The notes below the pieces were generated by a model. That model was not told the origin of the DNA and made no database searches. It was given only the letters and a program-made list of their open reading frames with translations. From a virus (lineage: Duplodnaviria > Caudoviricetes): a stretch of 56,903 nt of DNA. The first letter of the stretch is position 1, and every line of letters starts with the position of its first letter. Positions 20,299-29,971 of this stretch are shown piece by piece. The stretch covers positions 1 to 56,903 of the IMG/VR virus record IMGVR_UViG_3300025141_008849; one strand, written 5' to 3'. The translations under genes and the position numbers were made by a program.

Positions 20299-21094
20299 TA
20301 ATCAATTTATAGCAAGTATTCTAGCATGGATACTTCAACAAAGTAACACAATTGATTCTAATTTTTGTTTATATGATTCTACCAATGCAGATCCATGGGA
20401 CAATCATCATCCTAATGTATCTGATAAATCCAATGGTGATTTTTTACATGATTTGATTTGTATTCAAGAGGACGAAAAACGCAATGTAGATGAATTAACT
20501 GCTCATGTTAAAAGTTTTACAAAATATAATTTCGGTGTAGTAGGTAATGCCTACGGTCAATGGGAGCATAAAACTGAATGGATTTGTGATGGTTTAACTA
20601 AAATATACACATATATGGAAGATGCTGACTTAATGACTGATCTCTGGTTAAATGTTTATTTTAAAAGAGAGTTTAATGCAAGTCAGATTCGTGAAAGCAT
20701 GTGGTTCCATTGTAATGATCATCATTTTAAAGATACGGAATATAAAGATGAAATGCTTACCAGACATCTTAACAGAGCTGACGAATTACTTAAAGAACAA
20801 GGAGTATTATATTTTTGGCAGTTACAAGCACTATATCACGGATCGTGGAAGGAATTGCTTCCTCTTGATAGATATAATGAATATAGAAACGAAGTGCATA
20901 ACCAAGTACTGATGCATCAACCATCAAACGCTGAACTTTACAATAATCATTTTATAAATCATAATACTTGTATAATTGTAGATATGATGAATATAAATTT
21001 TGAAGAGTTATGTGACACTTTAAATATAGAATTTAATCCTAAAATGCAGAGTGAATATGAGATTTTTAAACTATTTGTAGAGGATAACACATGA
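20273..21094 (+). CDS. Hypothetical protein
   Basis: 273 aa ORF overlapping its neighbours in the operon. Confidence 0.6.
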   Translation: MKNLIYIYNNQFIASILAWILQQSNTIDSNFCLYDSTNADPWDNHHPNVSDKSNGDFLHDLICIQEDEKRNVDELTAHVKSFTKYNFGVVGNAYGQWEHKTEWICDGLTKIYTYMEDADLMTDLWLNVYFKREFNASQIRESMWFHCNDHHFKDTEYKDEMLTRHLNRADELLKEQGVLYFWQLQALYHGSWKELLPLDRYNEYRNEVHNQVLMHQPSNAELYNNHFINHNTCIIVDMMNINFEELCDTLNIEFNPKMQSEYEIFKLFVEDNT

Positions 21095-21462
21095 ACGATT
21101 GTTTATTTTGTAACCTACCCGAAGATAGAATTATACGAGGATTTGAAAAGGAATTTCAAACCTGCTTTTTAATAAAAGATCAGTATCCTGTATCTCCAGG
21201 ACATGCATTAATTATACCTGACAAGCACGTAGAAAGTTGGTTTGATTTAACCAAATACGATTTAGAATTTATGCATATGTTAGCAAATGAGTATAAAGAA
21301 ACAGTAGAATGCGACGGATGGAATGTTGGTATAAATATTGGTGCATATGCTGGACAAACAATTTTCCACATGCATATGCATTTAATACCAAGATATGAAG
21401 GGGACATGGAAAATCCCAGAGGAGGCGTTAGACATATTATCCCCGGAAAAGGCTATTATTGA
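21091..21462 (+). CDS. HIT family nucleotide hydrolase
   Basis: DCLFC, YPVSPGHALIIP, GQTIFHMHMHLIPR. Confidence 0.95.
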   Translation: MNDCLFCNLPEDRIIRGFEKEFQTCFLIKDQYPVSPGHALIIPDKHVESWFDLTKYDLEFMHMLANEYKETVECDGWNVGINIGAYAGQTIFHMHMHLIPRYEGDMENPRGGVRHIIPGKGYY

Positions 21463-21707
21463 AAAAATTTTTAGATAAGTTAGATCAATTACTATACAAA
21501 TACCAAGAACAACAATTACATTTCTTTTGGGCATTTAGTGTTACCACATTAGCAGTATGGTGGAAACCATTGCTTATATCAGGCTTAGTTATTACAGTGG
21601 CAAAAGAATTTTGGGATTCCAAAAACCCACCCCATAAATGGTCATGGTCTGATATGCGATACGGAATGGCAGGCTGGATAGTTGCTTTATTGATCGTAGG
21701 TACATAA
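21459..21707 (+). CDS. Small membrane protein
   Basis: Hydrophobic segments, HF...KEFWD...D pattern; TTG start overlapping the previous stop. Confidence 0.55.
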   Translation: MKKFLDKLDQLLYKYQEQQLHFFWAFSVTTLAVWWKPLLISGLVITVAKEFWDSKNPPHKWSWSDMRYGMAGWIVALLIVGT

Positions 21708-21715
21708 ATACCTGG

Positions 21716-22216
21716 ATGAAGAAGGAACATAGAAAGCTCTACGATTTGTGGAAATATAAGAAATGGAGTAAAAATTTTATGGAATTTAATAATCCTGTTA
21801 TGCAAACCCTCATCGGTTTGGTAGTATTTTACATAGGATTAAAACTGTTCTCAGGTGGAATGAAGTCAATGGGTCGCTTAGAACAACTTGAATGGTTTTT
21901 AGGGAACCCTTATTATATGTTTGTTGGATCTATTGTTTGTACACTTCTTTGGCAATCATCATCCCTTACAACAACAGCAGTTATAGGACTTGTCGCTTCA
22001 GGAACATTGCCGTTGCCCTCAGCAGTAGCCGCAATACTAGGAGCAAACGTAGGCACAACAGGTACAGTATGGATCGCAGGGATATTAGTTAGTGATGGAA
22101 TGCCTACGGGCATTACACGACAGGTAGCTCTTATACATACAGGAGTTAATACAGTAATGGCAGTGGCATTACTTCCATTTGTACAACCAATATCACGGTT
22201 TATATCAAAATTTTAA
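21716..22216 (+). CDS. Single-repeat Na+/phosphate cotransporter-like membrane protein (NptA/SLC34 family)
   Basis: WQSSSLTT and ILGANVGTT signatures. Confidence 0.85.
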   Translation: MKKEHRKLYDLWKYKKWSKNFMEFNNPVMQTLIGLVVFYIGLKLFSGGMKSMGRLEQLEWFLGNPYYMFVGSIVCTLLWQSSSLTTTAVIGLVASGTLPLPSAVAAILGANVGTTGTVWIAGILVSDGMPTGITRQVALIHTGVNTVMAVALLPFVQPISRFISKF

Positions 22217-22220
22217 CAAT

Positions 22221-23012
22221 ATGAAGATAGACTTTGTATCCGATTTACATGTAGATACTTGGCAACCCGAGCAAAGATGGAACTGGACTACTACACGAAA
22301 AAGTGATTATATTTTAATTGCCGGCGACATTTCAGATTATATTGAAACCGGCGACGAGAATGATGTATATACAAGCCTTATACGTTTAGGTAACATATAT
22401 AAAGATGTGTATTTTGTTGATGGTAATCACGAGTTTCAACCAAACAGATTAAATGTAGAAGCAGTAAAAGAAGATTTAATAGATTGTATAGGTGTATTAG
22501 AAAATGTACATTATATTCCAATGCAAGAAAACATAATAGGTGATGTTGGTATTGTTGGTTGTAATGGCTGGTGGGATTATACATTTGATGGAACTGACCC
22601 GGAAGAATGTTTAGAGGATTGGAAACTACGAGAAGGGTTTAAAATTGATACAGAAATACTTCGCCATTTTTTTACATATCTTGCAAAAAAAGATGCAATC
22701 GAATTAGAACAACAAATCAAAAACATTTACGATAAAGTGAAAAAAATAATAGTTGTTACTCATGTCGTAGCACACCCAACCATGTGTACAACTCATTACC
22801 CCGGACCAAAGGTAAGAAATGGTTTATATGGTAATGCTAAATTTATGCCAATAGCAAAAAAATACTCAAGTAAAATTAAGTATTGGATTAGCGGACATTC
22901 GCATGATGTTATGGAAGAAAAAGAGCATGGTATACACTTTTTAAGTAACCCACGAGGTCGTCCATACGACTTCAACAGAATAGATTATTCTGTTAAAACA
23001 CTTGACATTTAG
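22221..23012 (+). CDS. Calcineurin-like metallophosphoesterase
   Basis: SDLH, AGD, GNHE, TH, SGHSH; start moved to ATG 22221. Confidence 0.92.
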   Translation: MKIDFVSDLHVDTWQPEQRWNWTTTRKSDYILIAGDISDYIETGDENDVYTSLIRLGNIYKDVYFVDGNHEFQPNRLNVEAVKEDLIDCIGVLENVHYIPMQENIIGDVGIVGCNGWWDYTFDGTDPEECLEDWKLREGFKIDTEILRHFFTYLAKKDAIELEQQIKNIYDKVKKIIVVTHVVAHPTMCTTHYPGPKVRNGLYGNAKFMPIAKKYSSKIKYWISGHSHDVMEEKEHGIHFLSNPRGRPYDFNRIDYSVKTLDI

Positions 23013-23031
23013 CATCATAACATGTTATAAT
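23002..23031 (+). promoter_or_regulatory. Sigma70-type promoter with extended -10
   Basis: TTGACA-18 nt-TATAAT with TG; contains TAACATGTTA as in the 15672 promoter. Confidence 0.8.
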
Positions 23032-23061
23032 GTTTAAGTAAACATTCTAATAAAGGCAAAT

Positions 23062-23808
23062 ATGAAAGATATAATTCTGGATATAGTAAAGCATACAGCA
23101 GGACTTGGTTTCATTGAATCTGCAAAAGTCACTTCAGACGATAAAGCAACTATAATTGAAGCAATGGATCCTGATAGAACTGTGATCTTAAACGCAACAA
23201 CTCACAGTAACATAAGTGAATTCAATGGTGAATTTGGATTAGGTAACTTAACGTTTTTAAATGGCGTATTAGGCCTAAATAATTATCAAGAAGCAGACAC
23301 CGATATACAAGTAAAAACTCGTAATATGAATGGTGAAGAAGTTCCAGAGAGTTTAACTTTCGAAGACCAATATGGTAATACAGATCAGTATAGATTTATG
23401 AGCAAAGAAATTGTAAATCAACAACTTCGAACAGTCAAGTTTAAAGGTGCTTCTTGGGATGTAACAGTAACACCAACAAAACCAAAAGTAAGTGAGCTTG
23501 CTCAAGTTGCAACTATTTACGGAACAGTAGAACCGACATTTAGTGCAAGTACTGATAATAAAAATTTAGTATTTACATTAGGTACTGCTGATGGTAGTGG
23601 ACATTTTGGTAAACGTATCTTTGCAAATAATGTTGAAGGTACACTTACACAAACTTGGTCATGGCCATTAAATCAAGTTATAGGTATTCTTAAACTTGGT
23701 ATGAGTGGTAATTGTGTAATGAAACTTAGCGACAAAGGTGCATTGCAAATTACTATCGATAGTGGTTTAGCAAACTACGACTATATATTACCGGCGATGA
23801 GTAAATGA
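23062..23808 (+). CDS. Probable DNA polymerase sliding clamp (gp45-like)
   Basis: 248 aa; EFGLGNL and C-terminal GALQITIDSGLANYDYILPA pattern; replication context. Confidence 0.65.
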   Translation: MKDIILDIVKHTAGLGFIESAKVTSDDKATIIEAMDPDRTVILNATTHSNISEFNGEFGLGNLTFLNGVLGLNNYQEADTDIQVKTRNMNGEEVPESLTFEDQYGNTDQYRFMSKEIVNQQLRTVKFKGASWDVTVTPTKPKVSELAQVATIYGTVEPTFSASTDNKNLVFTLGTADGSGHFGKRIFANNVEGTLTQTWSWPLNQVIGILKLGMSGNCVMKLSDKGALQITIDSGLANYDYILPAMSK

Positions 23809-24329
23809 AAAATATTGATAAAAAATTAGATGAATTAGTAGAGCATGTTACTAAATCAAATCCCGAGATGGGGGGCATGCCGATGTGTCCTTTTGCTCGG
23901 ATAGGCTTAGATAAGGGCGAGGTTGAGTTTGTAAAACATGGCAAAAATACGCTCGTAGTTGCTGAAGGCTACATTAAAAATTATCCACCACATAAAAAAC
24001 TTGTATTATGTGTTACTGATTCTAAAGAGTTTACATCAAAACAGTTAGATGAGTTTTGCGAAAAATGGCAAGACTTTGCAATCAAACAAGACTTATATTT
24101 GTATCCATCACATCCAGACGATAGCGAAGGATACATTGCTGGGTTAACACACGGTAATCCAGGTTTAGCAATGATCCTTATACAAACATTAAGTGATCTT
24201 AATCAAAAGGCTACATGGTTACAAAACAAAACAAATTATTACTCATATTGGGACAAAGGCTACTATGATAGAATTGTTGGAGAAAGATTAAAACATGACA
24301 AAGACCTTACAAAACCTAACAGAATCTAA
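23805..24329 (+). CDS. DUF1415-like hypothetical protein
   Basis: MCPFAR and HPDD motifs. Confidence 0.5.
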   Translation: MKNIDKKLDELVEHVTKSNPEMGGMPMCPFARIGLDKGEVEFVKHGKNTLVVAEGYIKNYPPHKKLVLCVTDSKEFTSKQLDEFCEKWQDFAIKQDLYLYPSHPDDSEGYIAGLTHGNPGLAMILIQTLSDLNQKATWLQNKTNYYSYWDKGYYDRIVGERLKHDKDLTKPNRI

Positions 24330-25794
24330 TAACGATTATGCAGTATTTTTACCAAGCATAAGTGGTTTCTATAATGCATTTATATCCAAACAACAACACG
24401 AAGAATATGTACCTAAGGATAGAATACCAGTAGAGTTTGAAAATGGTATTGAAGGTATGAATTTTTTAAATGCTGATAAAGGATACTTTAAGTATAAATG
24501 GGCTTTATATTCAGCAGGACATGCTCAACTAGATATTGCAAAAAGCGATATTAGTGAAAGTATGGTACAAAAACGTGATCGAAATAATACACTTATAATA
24601 GGCGATAGCGGTGGCTTTCAAATTGCCAAAGGTATTATTAAATTTGATTGGGATAAATTTTATGAAGGTAGTGCTGATACAGTTAGAACCAAACTACTTA
24701 ATTGGTTAGAACATACTGCCGATTATTCAATGATACTAGACATACCTACTTGGGCCGCCAGGCCTCCATTAAATGCTAGAACAGGATTGAATAGTTTTCG
24801 AGATTGTTTAGACGGCACAATATATAATAATGCTTTCTTCATGAAGCATCGAAAACATCAAACAAAATTTTTAAATGTTTTACAAGGCTCCGATAATGTA
24901 GAAGCAGATATTTGGTATAACGAAGTTAAAAATCTTCCATTTGAAGGTTGGGGAATGGGCGGTAATAACATGCAAGACTTTAAATTGATATTACGCAGGC
25001 TTATTAATTTACGTGACGAAAAATTACTTGAAAAGGGCGAACGTGATTTAATGCACTTTTTAGGTTCATCCAAGTTAGAATTTGGTGTTGCTCTTACTGC
25101 ACTACAACGTGAAATAAGAAGTACTATTAACGAAGATTTTACTGTTACATATGATTGTGCAAGTCCGTTTATTGCAACCGCACATGGACAAATGTACACA
25201 CAACATGTACATAGAAATGATCGTAATAGTTATATTATGGATAAAATGATTGACGATAAGCGATTAAGTGGTAGTAAAATTCCATTACCTTGGAATAGTC
25301 CAATAGCAGAACGTATGACAATGGGCGATGTTTGCTGGTATAAACCTGGAGATTTAAATAAACTAGGTAAAGAGGGTAAATCAAGTTGGGACTCTTTTTC
25401 GTATTTTTTACAAATGGGACACAACGTGTATCAACATATTGAAAGTGTACAACGAGCAAATGCATTAGCGGATATGGCATGCTCATTACACCAACCGCCA
25501 GTTACACAATGGTCTAAAGTTAAAAAAGGACAGGACGAGTATGACACTTGGGTTCCACGTAATGTAATATACTTTGTAGAACTTGCTAAAGAAGTATTTC
25601 GTAGTCAAACACCAATGGATGTAATTGAAAAAGCAACTCCGTTCTTATCTGAATTTAGTAAGGGTAGATTACGTAAAAGTTCAGCAACAACATTTACAAA
25701 TTTATTTGATACAGAAGATGCTGGTACTGATAATGATAGCGAAGCATTTGACGAGCATGATGATCAACTTGAAGAACTAGAACAAACAGTATGA
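24295..25794 (+). CDS. tRNA-guanine transglycosylase-like protein, probable DNA 7-deazaguanine insertase (DpdA-like)
   Basis: GDSGGFQI, MILDIP, LNVLQG, GWGMGG, MHFLG, YDCASPF; linked to folE, queE and queD-like genes. Confidence 0.85.
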   Translation: MTKTLQNLTESNNDYAVFLPSISGFYNAFISKQQHEEYVPKDRIPVEFENGIEGMNFLNADKGYFKYKWALYSAGHAQLDIAKSDISESMVQKRDRNNTLIIGDSGGFQIAKGIIKFDWDKFYEGSADTVRTKLLNWLEHTADYSMILDIPTWAARPPLNARTGLNSFRDCLDGTIYNNAFFMKHRKHQTKFLNVLQGSDNVEADIWYNEVKNLPFEGWGMGGNNMQDFKLILRRLINLRDEKLLEKGERDLMHFLGSSKLEFGVALTALQREIRSTINEDFTVTYDCASPFIATAHGQMYTQHVHRNDRNSYIMDKMIDDKRLSGSKIPLPWNSPIAERMTMGDVCWYKPGDLNKLGKEGKSSWDSFSYFLQMGHNVYQHIESVQRANALADMACSLHQPPVTQWSKVKKGQDEYDTWVPRNVIYFVELAKEVFRSQTPMDVIEKATPFLSEFSKGRLRKSSATTFTNLFDTEDAGTDNDSEAFDEHDDQLEELEQTV

Positions 25795-25931
25795 AAGCAA
25801 TAGGTCATAGTGAAATGTACAAGATGGGATTCGATGGAGCAAGTATTGAAAAGTTAAGAAAACTAACACCAAAACAATATGAACGTCTTCTCGTTATACT
25901 AGCAGAATTTCAAAAGGAACAAACAAAATGA
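25791..25931 (+). CDS. Small hypothetical protein (46 aa), below the track cutoff
   Basis: ATGA overlap with the upstream stop; MKAIGHSEMYKMGFDGASIEKLRKLTPKQYERLLVILAEFQKEQTK. Confidence 0.55.
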   Translation: MKAIGHSEMYKMGFDGASIEKLRKLTPKQYERLLVILAEFQKEQTK

Positions 25932-26059
25932 AAGAGTGTTTATTCTATTACATAATTATTATAACATCTATGATGTATATAACTTCGCAACTTAGTTATA
26001 TTCCTTACATTCATGCTAGACAAGGGATACCAAATAAATATAACTATGCAATTGAATGA
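25928..26059 (+). CDS. Possible small membrane peptide (43 aa)
   Basis: ATGA overlap, AAGGA SD; MKECLFYYIIIITSMMYITSQLSYIPYIHARQGIPNKYNYAIE. Confidence 0.4.
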   Translation: MKECLFYYIIIITSMMYITSQLSYIPYIHARQGIPNKYNYAIE

Positions 26060-26948
26060 TTTATTACTAGAAAAACTTATTAAATATCCGCCATCAGTAT
26101 ATGAGAAATTTGATAAGGTAATGACAAAATACATATTAAGTTATTACTTTCATGCTCATGCCGAGTATCCGCAACATAAAAGAGCGGCCAAAGCAATGAT
26201 GAAAAAGTATGGTGTGCCGTTTGTAAAAGATAGTAAAATAATAAACAAAGGTGCTTCAAGTAAAGCCTCATTCGAAGAGATTATAGTTGATTGGCCAGAT
26301 GGGTATCCAGAACCAGAACCCGACTTTGATCAACTACTTTTTATCGTTACCAAAGAGCTTCCCAAAGCGGCAGTAAAAATGGAATACGATCCGGAATGGG
26401 CATCAATAAATGCATACTTGCCACAATACACATTTGACACTCCTTTAGAAGATCCAGATGAAGAAGATAATATAGAAGATATTAAGGATGATATTGCGGG
26501 CATGATGACACTTATGAAATATGATTTGGGTCACGAACTAATGCATTTTGTACAAGATAAATCAATAGGTTTAGTTTATTCTAAAAAAGATAGGTATGAA
26601 AGAAAATCTGCAAGACGACTTGATAAAACTAGACAAACAGTCGGAGTAGGTGATCCGGTTTCAACAGGACAAAATAAAGCATTACCAGGATATCATGCAG
26701 GCAAGAAAAATTATTACCTAAGTCCAAACGAATATGATCCAACAATACAATCTGAAATTGGTGAGTTTATAAATGATTACAAAGAAAACAAAGATCTAAC
26801 TACTCAAATACGTGATCACTTAGCAAAAGGTGATAAGCAGAATCCAACATTTTTTTCAATATTACGTACACACGATAAACCAAGATATCAACGTGCCGCG
26901 AAAAAATTTGTAACGGGTATTAATGACGTCCTATCCCAAAGAACATAA
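26046..26948 (+). CDS. Probable virion protein with a HExxH zinc-metallopeptidase-like motif
   Basis: MQLNDLLLE|K start after ATAAATA; LGHELMHFVQD...YYLSPNE. Confidence 0.6.
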   Translation: MQLNDLLLEKLIKYPPSVYEKFDKVMTKYILSYYFHAHAEYPQHKRAAKAMMKKYGVPFVKDSKIINKGASSKASFEEIIVDWPDGYPEPEPDFDQLLFIVTKELPKAAVKMEYDPEWASINAYLPQYTFDTPLEDPDEEDNIEDIKDDIAGMMTLMKYDLGHELMHFVQDKSIGLVYSKKDRYERKSARRLDKTRQTVGVGDPVSTGQNKALPGYHAGKKNYYLSPNEYDPTIQSEIGEFINDYKENKDLTTQIRDHLAKGDKQNPTFFSILRTHDKPRYQRAAKKFVTGINDVLSQRT

Positions 26949-27597
26949 TAAGGTTGTGATATTAACCCAACAAGGTGGTTGTGGTGCTCATTTTATAATT
27001 TCATTAGCATCTTTTTATTTTAATAGTTGTAACAATCAATCAGGGTGGGAAACCATTTTAATAGATAAGTTTAATGGATACGTTGGCATACAATGTGCTT
27101 TTGAAGATAATACTTCGCCAGAATCAAATTTAACCGAGTTAATAAATAAAAATGTCAAAAACAATGATTACATATTTAAAGGACTTAAATTGCAAGAATG
27201 GCTTGATCCATCTTTATTTTCAATACAACAATGTCATGTTTCGGTTAAGGAATTAAATCAAAGTCAACTTGGACCAAGTAATAAGGTTATTAGGGTGTTT
27301 ACAGAAGATGACGAAACCATGGTATACTGTCAACAATTAGATACTGTTAAAAATGGACCTCGTGAACATGAGACTATTCACCGCGAATATATAGGCGCCA
27401 ACACTCAACCTAGCAATAATATAGACTTATTTGATTTTAATTATAATGAGATAATACTTAAAAGCAATTATAAGGAATTTACTAATTTTGCAAATTGGCT
27501 TGAAGTAGAACCTATGCCTAAACATATATTTAAGTTTAGAACAAACCATTATTGCTTTAGAAATTTCAACATAATAAAAAAACAAAAAAACACTTGA
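26923..27597 (+). CDS. Hypothetical protein, possibly degenerate sulfotransferase/P-loop fold
   Basis: VVILTQQGGCGAHFIISL. Confidence 0.35.
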   Translation: MTSYPKEHNKVVILTQQGGCGAHFIISLASFYFNSCNNQSGWETILIDKFNGYVGIQCAFEDNTSPESNLTELINKNVKNNDYIFKGLKLQEWLDPSLFSIQQCHVSVKELNQSQLGPSNKVIRVFTEDDETMVYCQQLDTVKNGPREHETIHREYIGANTQPSNNIDLFDFNYNEIILKSNYKEFTNFANWLEVEPMPKHIFKFRTNHYCFRNFNIIKKQKNT

Positions 27598-27623
27598 CTA
27601 TTATTGGAAATCTGTGTTATAAT
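27594..27623 (+). promoter_or_regulatory. Sigma70-type promoter, probably giving a leaderless transcript
   Basis: TTGACT-18 nt-TATAAT with TG; ATG follows after 5 nt with no SD. Confidence 0.75.
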
Positions 27624-27628
27624 AATAT

Positions 27629-28147
27629 ATGACTAGACTTACACACGACTGGCCGGAAACTGAACCAAAATTCTTTACTGGCATTGAAATAGAAAATACT
27701 AAAGCAAAAGGACTTAAAACATTATTTGTTATTGGAGTACAAGATCCAAGCGAAATTGTTAATACTGCATTAAGTCATAAAGCAATGCATGTATATTTAG
27801 GTGCTAATCATTCATACAGCCATTTAATGACTGGATGGTATAATATGACTAAAGCATGTATTGATAACAACTTAGCAGTATCAATAAATTTTTATGAATT
27901 GGATATTAATTACTTAAAACAAGAAATGAAAGAATTGTGGATACACGAACTTTTTATTCCACAATTAAGCATTCCAATACCAAATATAAATACAGAGAAT
28001 AAGAACTTCAATATAAAAATAGACGACATGTCTATAAACCGTCAAACAAATAAAGGCATTTGGTGCTTTGATTTGAAAGACGTTCTAACTACTGATAACC
28101 TAACTACATGGGATCAGTTTGCCAATGATAAACCACTTAACAACTAA
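27629..28147 (+). CDS. Hypothetical protein heading the QueD-like/glycosyltransferase operon
   Basis: FFTGIEIENT...TLFVIG...HVYLGANHS...KIDD...GIWC. Confidence 0.6.
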   Translation: MTRLTHDWPETEPKFFTGIEIENTKAKGLKTLFVIGVQDPSEIVNTALSHKAMHVYLGANHSYSHLMTGWYNMTKACIDNNLAVSINFYELDINYLKQEMKELWIHELFIPQLSIPIPNINTENKNFNIKIDDMSINRQTNKGIWCFDLKDVLTTDNLTTWDQFANDKPLNN

Positions 28148-28155
28148 AAGGAAAT

Positions 28156-28353
28156 ATGGCTAAAAAAATTAGATTAATCGATGATCCAGAAACTGATGAA
28201 GGTATAGATGATTTATCAGAAGGTGCCCTGACTATAAACGAAAAACAAAAACTCATGAAAACAATCGAAGCACTGGATTGGAAATTATGGGAAATATATC
28301 AAATTGCACAAGGTTTTGCAAAACACTTTGACATCGATCTTGAAAAAAAGTAA
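28156..28353 (+). CDS. Small hypothetical protein
   Basis: AAGGA SD; DWKLWE motif. Confidence 0.6.
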   Translation: MAKKIRLIDDPETDEGIDDLSEGALTINEKQKLMKTIEALDWKLWEIYQIAQGFAKHFDIDLEKK

Positions 28354-28739
28354 TGTATTATATGGACAAACGATACATATGGGTAACATTTCGTAAAGAA
28401 GGCATCCACAAGTATCCGGGTGCTGTTGATTTACCAGGCGTAGAATTTCTCGCAAACGAACACAGACATATATTTCATTTTAGAGTAGAGTTACAGGTTT
28501 GGCATGACGATAGAGAAGTAGAGTTTATTTTGTTTAAACGTGAACTAGAATCACTATATTCAGAAGGAACTATACAACTCGATTATAAATCATGCGAAAT
28601 GATGTCAGATGACTTGGCCGCATATATTAAAAATAAGTATCCAGGTCGCAACTTAGTAATTGAAGTATCAGAGGATGGAGAAAACGGCTGTCGGGTCGAA
28701 TACAATGAGGTTTCTCCAACCAAGGTACAAGGCAAATAA
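28353..28739 (+). CDS. Divergent QueD/PTPS-like T-fold protein
   Basis: EGIH, HRHIFHF (compare QueD HGH), SCEMM, VSEDGENG; near folE and queE. Confidence 0.6.
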   Translation: MYYMDKRYIWVTFRKEGIHKYPGAVDLPGVEFLANEHRHIFHFRVELQVWHDDREVEFILFKRELESLYSEGTIQLDYKSCEMMSDDLAAYIKNKYPGRNLVIEVSEDGENGCRVEYNEVSPTKVQGK

Positions 28740-28746
28740 AGGCATT

Positions 28747-29970
28747 ATGAATAAATTATTTTACATGGGTCTCGAGCCCTATGAAGGTAGGTATACCCTA
28801 CAACTCCAAGACTGGAACGAACGAGTATTTAAAAAACGTAGTCTTGAATACGTAATTGTTCCCGGTGAAACACTAGATAATTCCAAAGCAATAGTAACAG
28901 GACAAGTATTAGACGCCCACGGGCGTTCATACTTTGCTATGAGCCAAATGATGAGTTTGGTTAAAATGATGCGAGAAGGTCAGGTCGACAATGATAGTGT
29001 AATATTTTTTGAAGATATGTTCCAACCCGGAATTGAATCATTACCATACATCATGAATCAAATTCCCAACGAATTAAGACCAAGAGTTTATGTAAGATGT
29101 CTTGCACAAACAATTGATCCTGATGATTTTGTACATGTTTGGGGTATGTATGATTGGATGAGCAAGTATGAACAAATGGTTAGTGAATTTGTCGATGGTG
29201 TTCTTTGTGCAAGCGAAGAAATGGTTGCACATATTAAAATAGCAGGATGGAGAACAGAAACATTTGTAACTGGCTTACCATACGGTAAAGAAGAAGTAAG
29301 TTTACGAACAGGTGCTCGTCCTTATTTTATGCGTGAAAGAGCAAATAGAATAGTATTTGCGGCTCGCTGGGACCAAGAGAAACAACCAAATTTTTATATG
29401 GACTTAGCAGAAAGATGGTCTACTGAAAAAGGCTTATACAGTGAAGAAGCGGAGCCACCAGAATTACCCGAGTTTGCAATTTGTTGTGGAGGTCCATTAC
29501 GTAGTAATGATCCAAAACTTTTACAACGTGCTAAAGAATTAGAAAAAGTTGGTATAATAAAAATATACGACAATCTTAAAAAAGACGAGTATTACGATAT
29601 ATTAGCAAATTCAAAAGTACTATTTAATTGTGCATTACAAGATTGGGTAAGCAATACAGTTAGTGAAGCAGATACACTCGGAGCAATGACATTGTTTCCT
29701 GCTTATAGATCTTTTCCAGAAGTATTTGCAAATAATGCAGAACAAATGTATATACCATGGAGTCTAGACGATGCAACAAGTAAACTTGAGAATTTACTAA
29801 GTTATGATATTCCGCCCAAATGGGTTGGTAAAGTAAGCGATTATCAAAACAAAACTATCGATAGAACTGTTGATGTACTTGAACTTCCAAAGTTTGCTAA
29901 GCCAAGCAGTTCGCCATATTGGAGAGGCGGAAATAGGTACAGAAATAATGTAAGTGTACCTAAATATTAA
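28747..29970 (+). CDS. GT-B fold (GT4-like) glycosyltransferase
   Basis: IVFAARWDQEKQP, EYYDILANSKVLFN, VSEADTLGA, PAYRSFPE; start moved to ATG 28747. Confidence 0.8.
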   Translation: MNKLFYMGLEPYEGRYTLQLQDWNERVFKKRSLEYVIVPGETLDNSKAIVTGQVLDAHGRSYFAMSQMMSLVKMMREGQVDNDSVIFFEDMFQPGIESLPYIMNQIPNELRPRVYVRCLAQTIDPDDFVHVWGMYDWMSKYEQMVSEFVDGVLCASEEMVAHIKIAGWRTETFVTGLPYGKEEVSLRTGARPYFMRERANRIVFAARWDQEKQPNFYMDLAERWSTEKGLYSEEAEPPELPEFAICCGGPLRSNDPKLLQRAKELEKVGIIKIYDNLKKDEYYDILANSKVLFNCALQDWVSNTVSEADTLGAMTLFPAYRSFPEVFANNAEQMYIPWSLDDATSKLENLLSYDIPPKWVGKVSDYQNKTIDRTVDVLELPKFAKPSSSPYWRGGNRYRNNVSVPKY

Positions 29971-29971
29971 C

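Noticed and set aside
24295-25794. Canonical bacterial tRNA tgt
   Set aside because: Lacks the CxCxxC zinc motif, is divergent, and sits beside replication and deazaguanine genes; a DNA target is more likely though unproven
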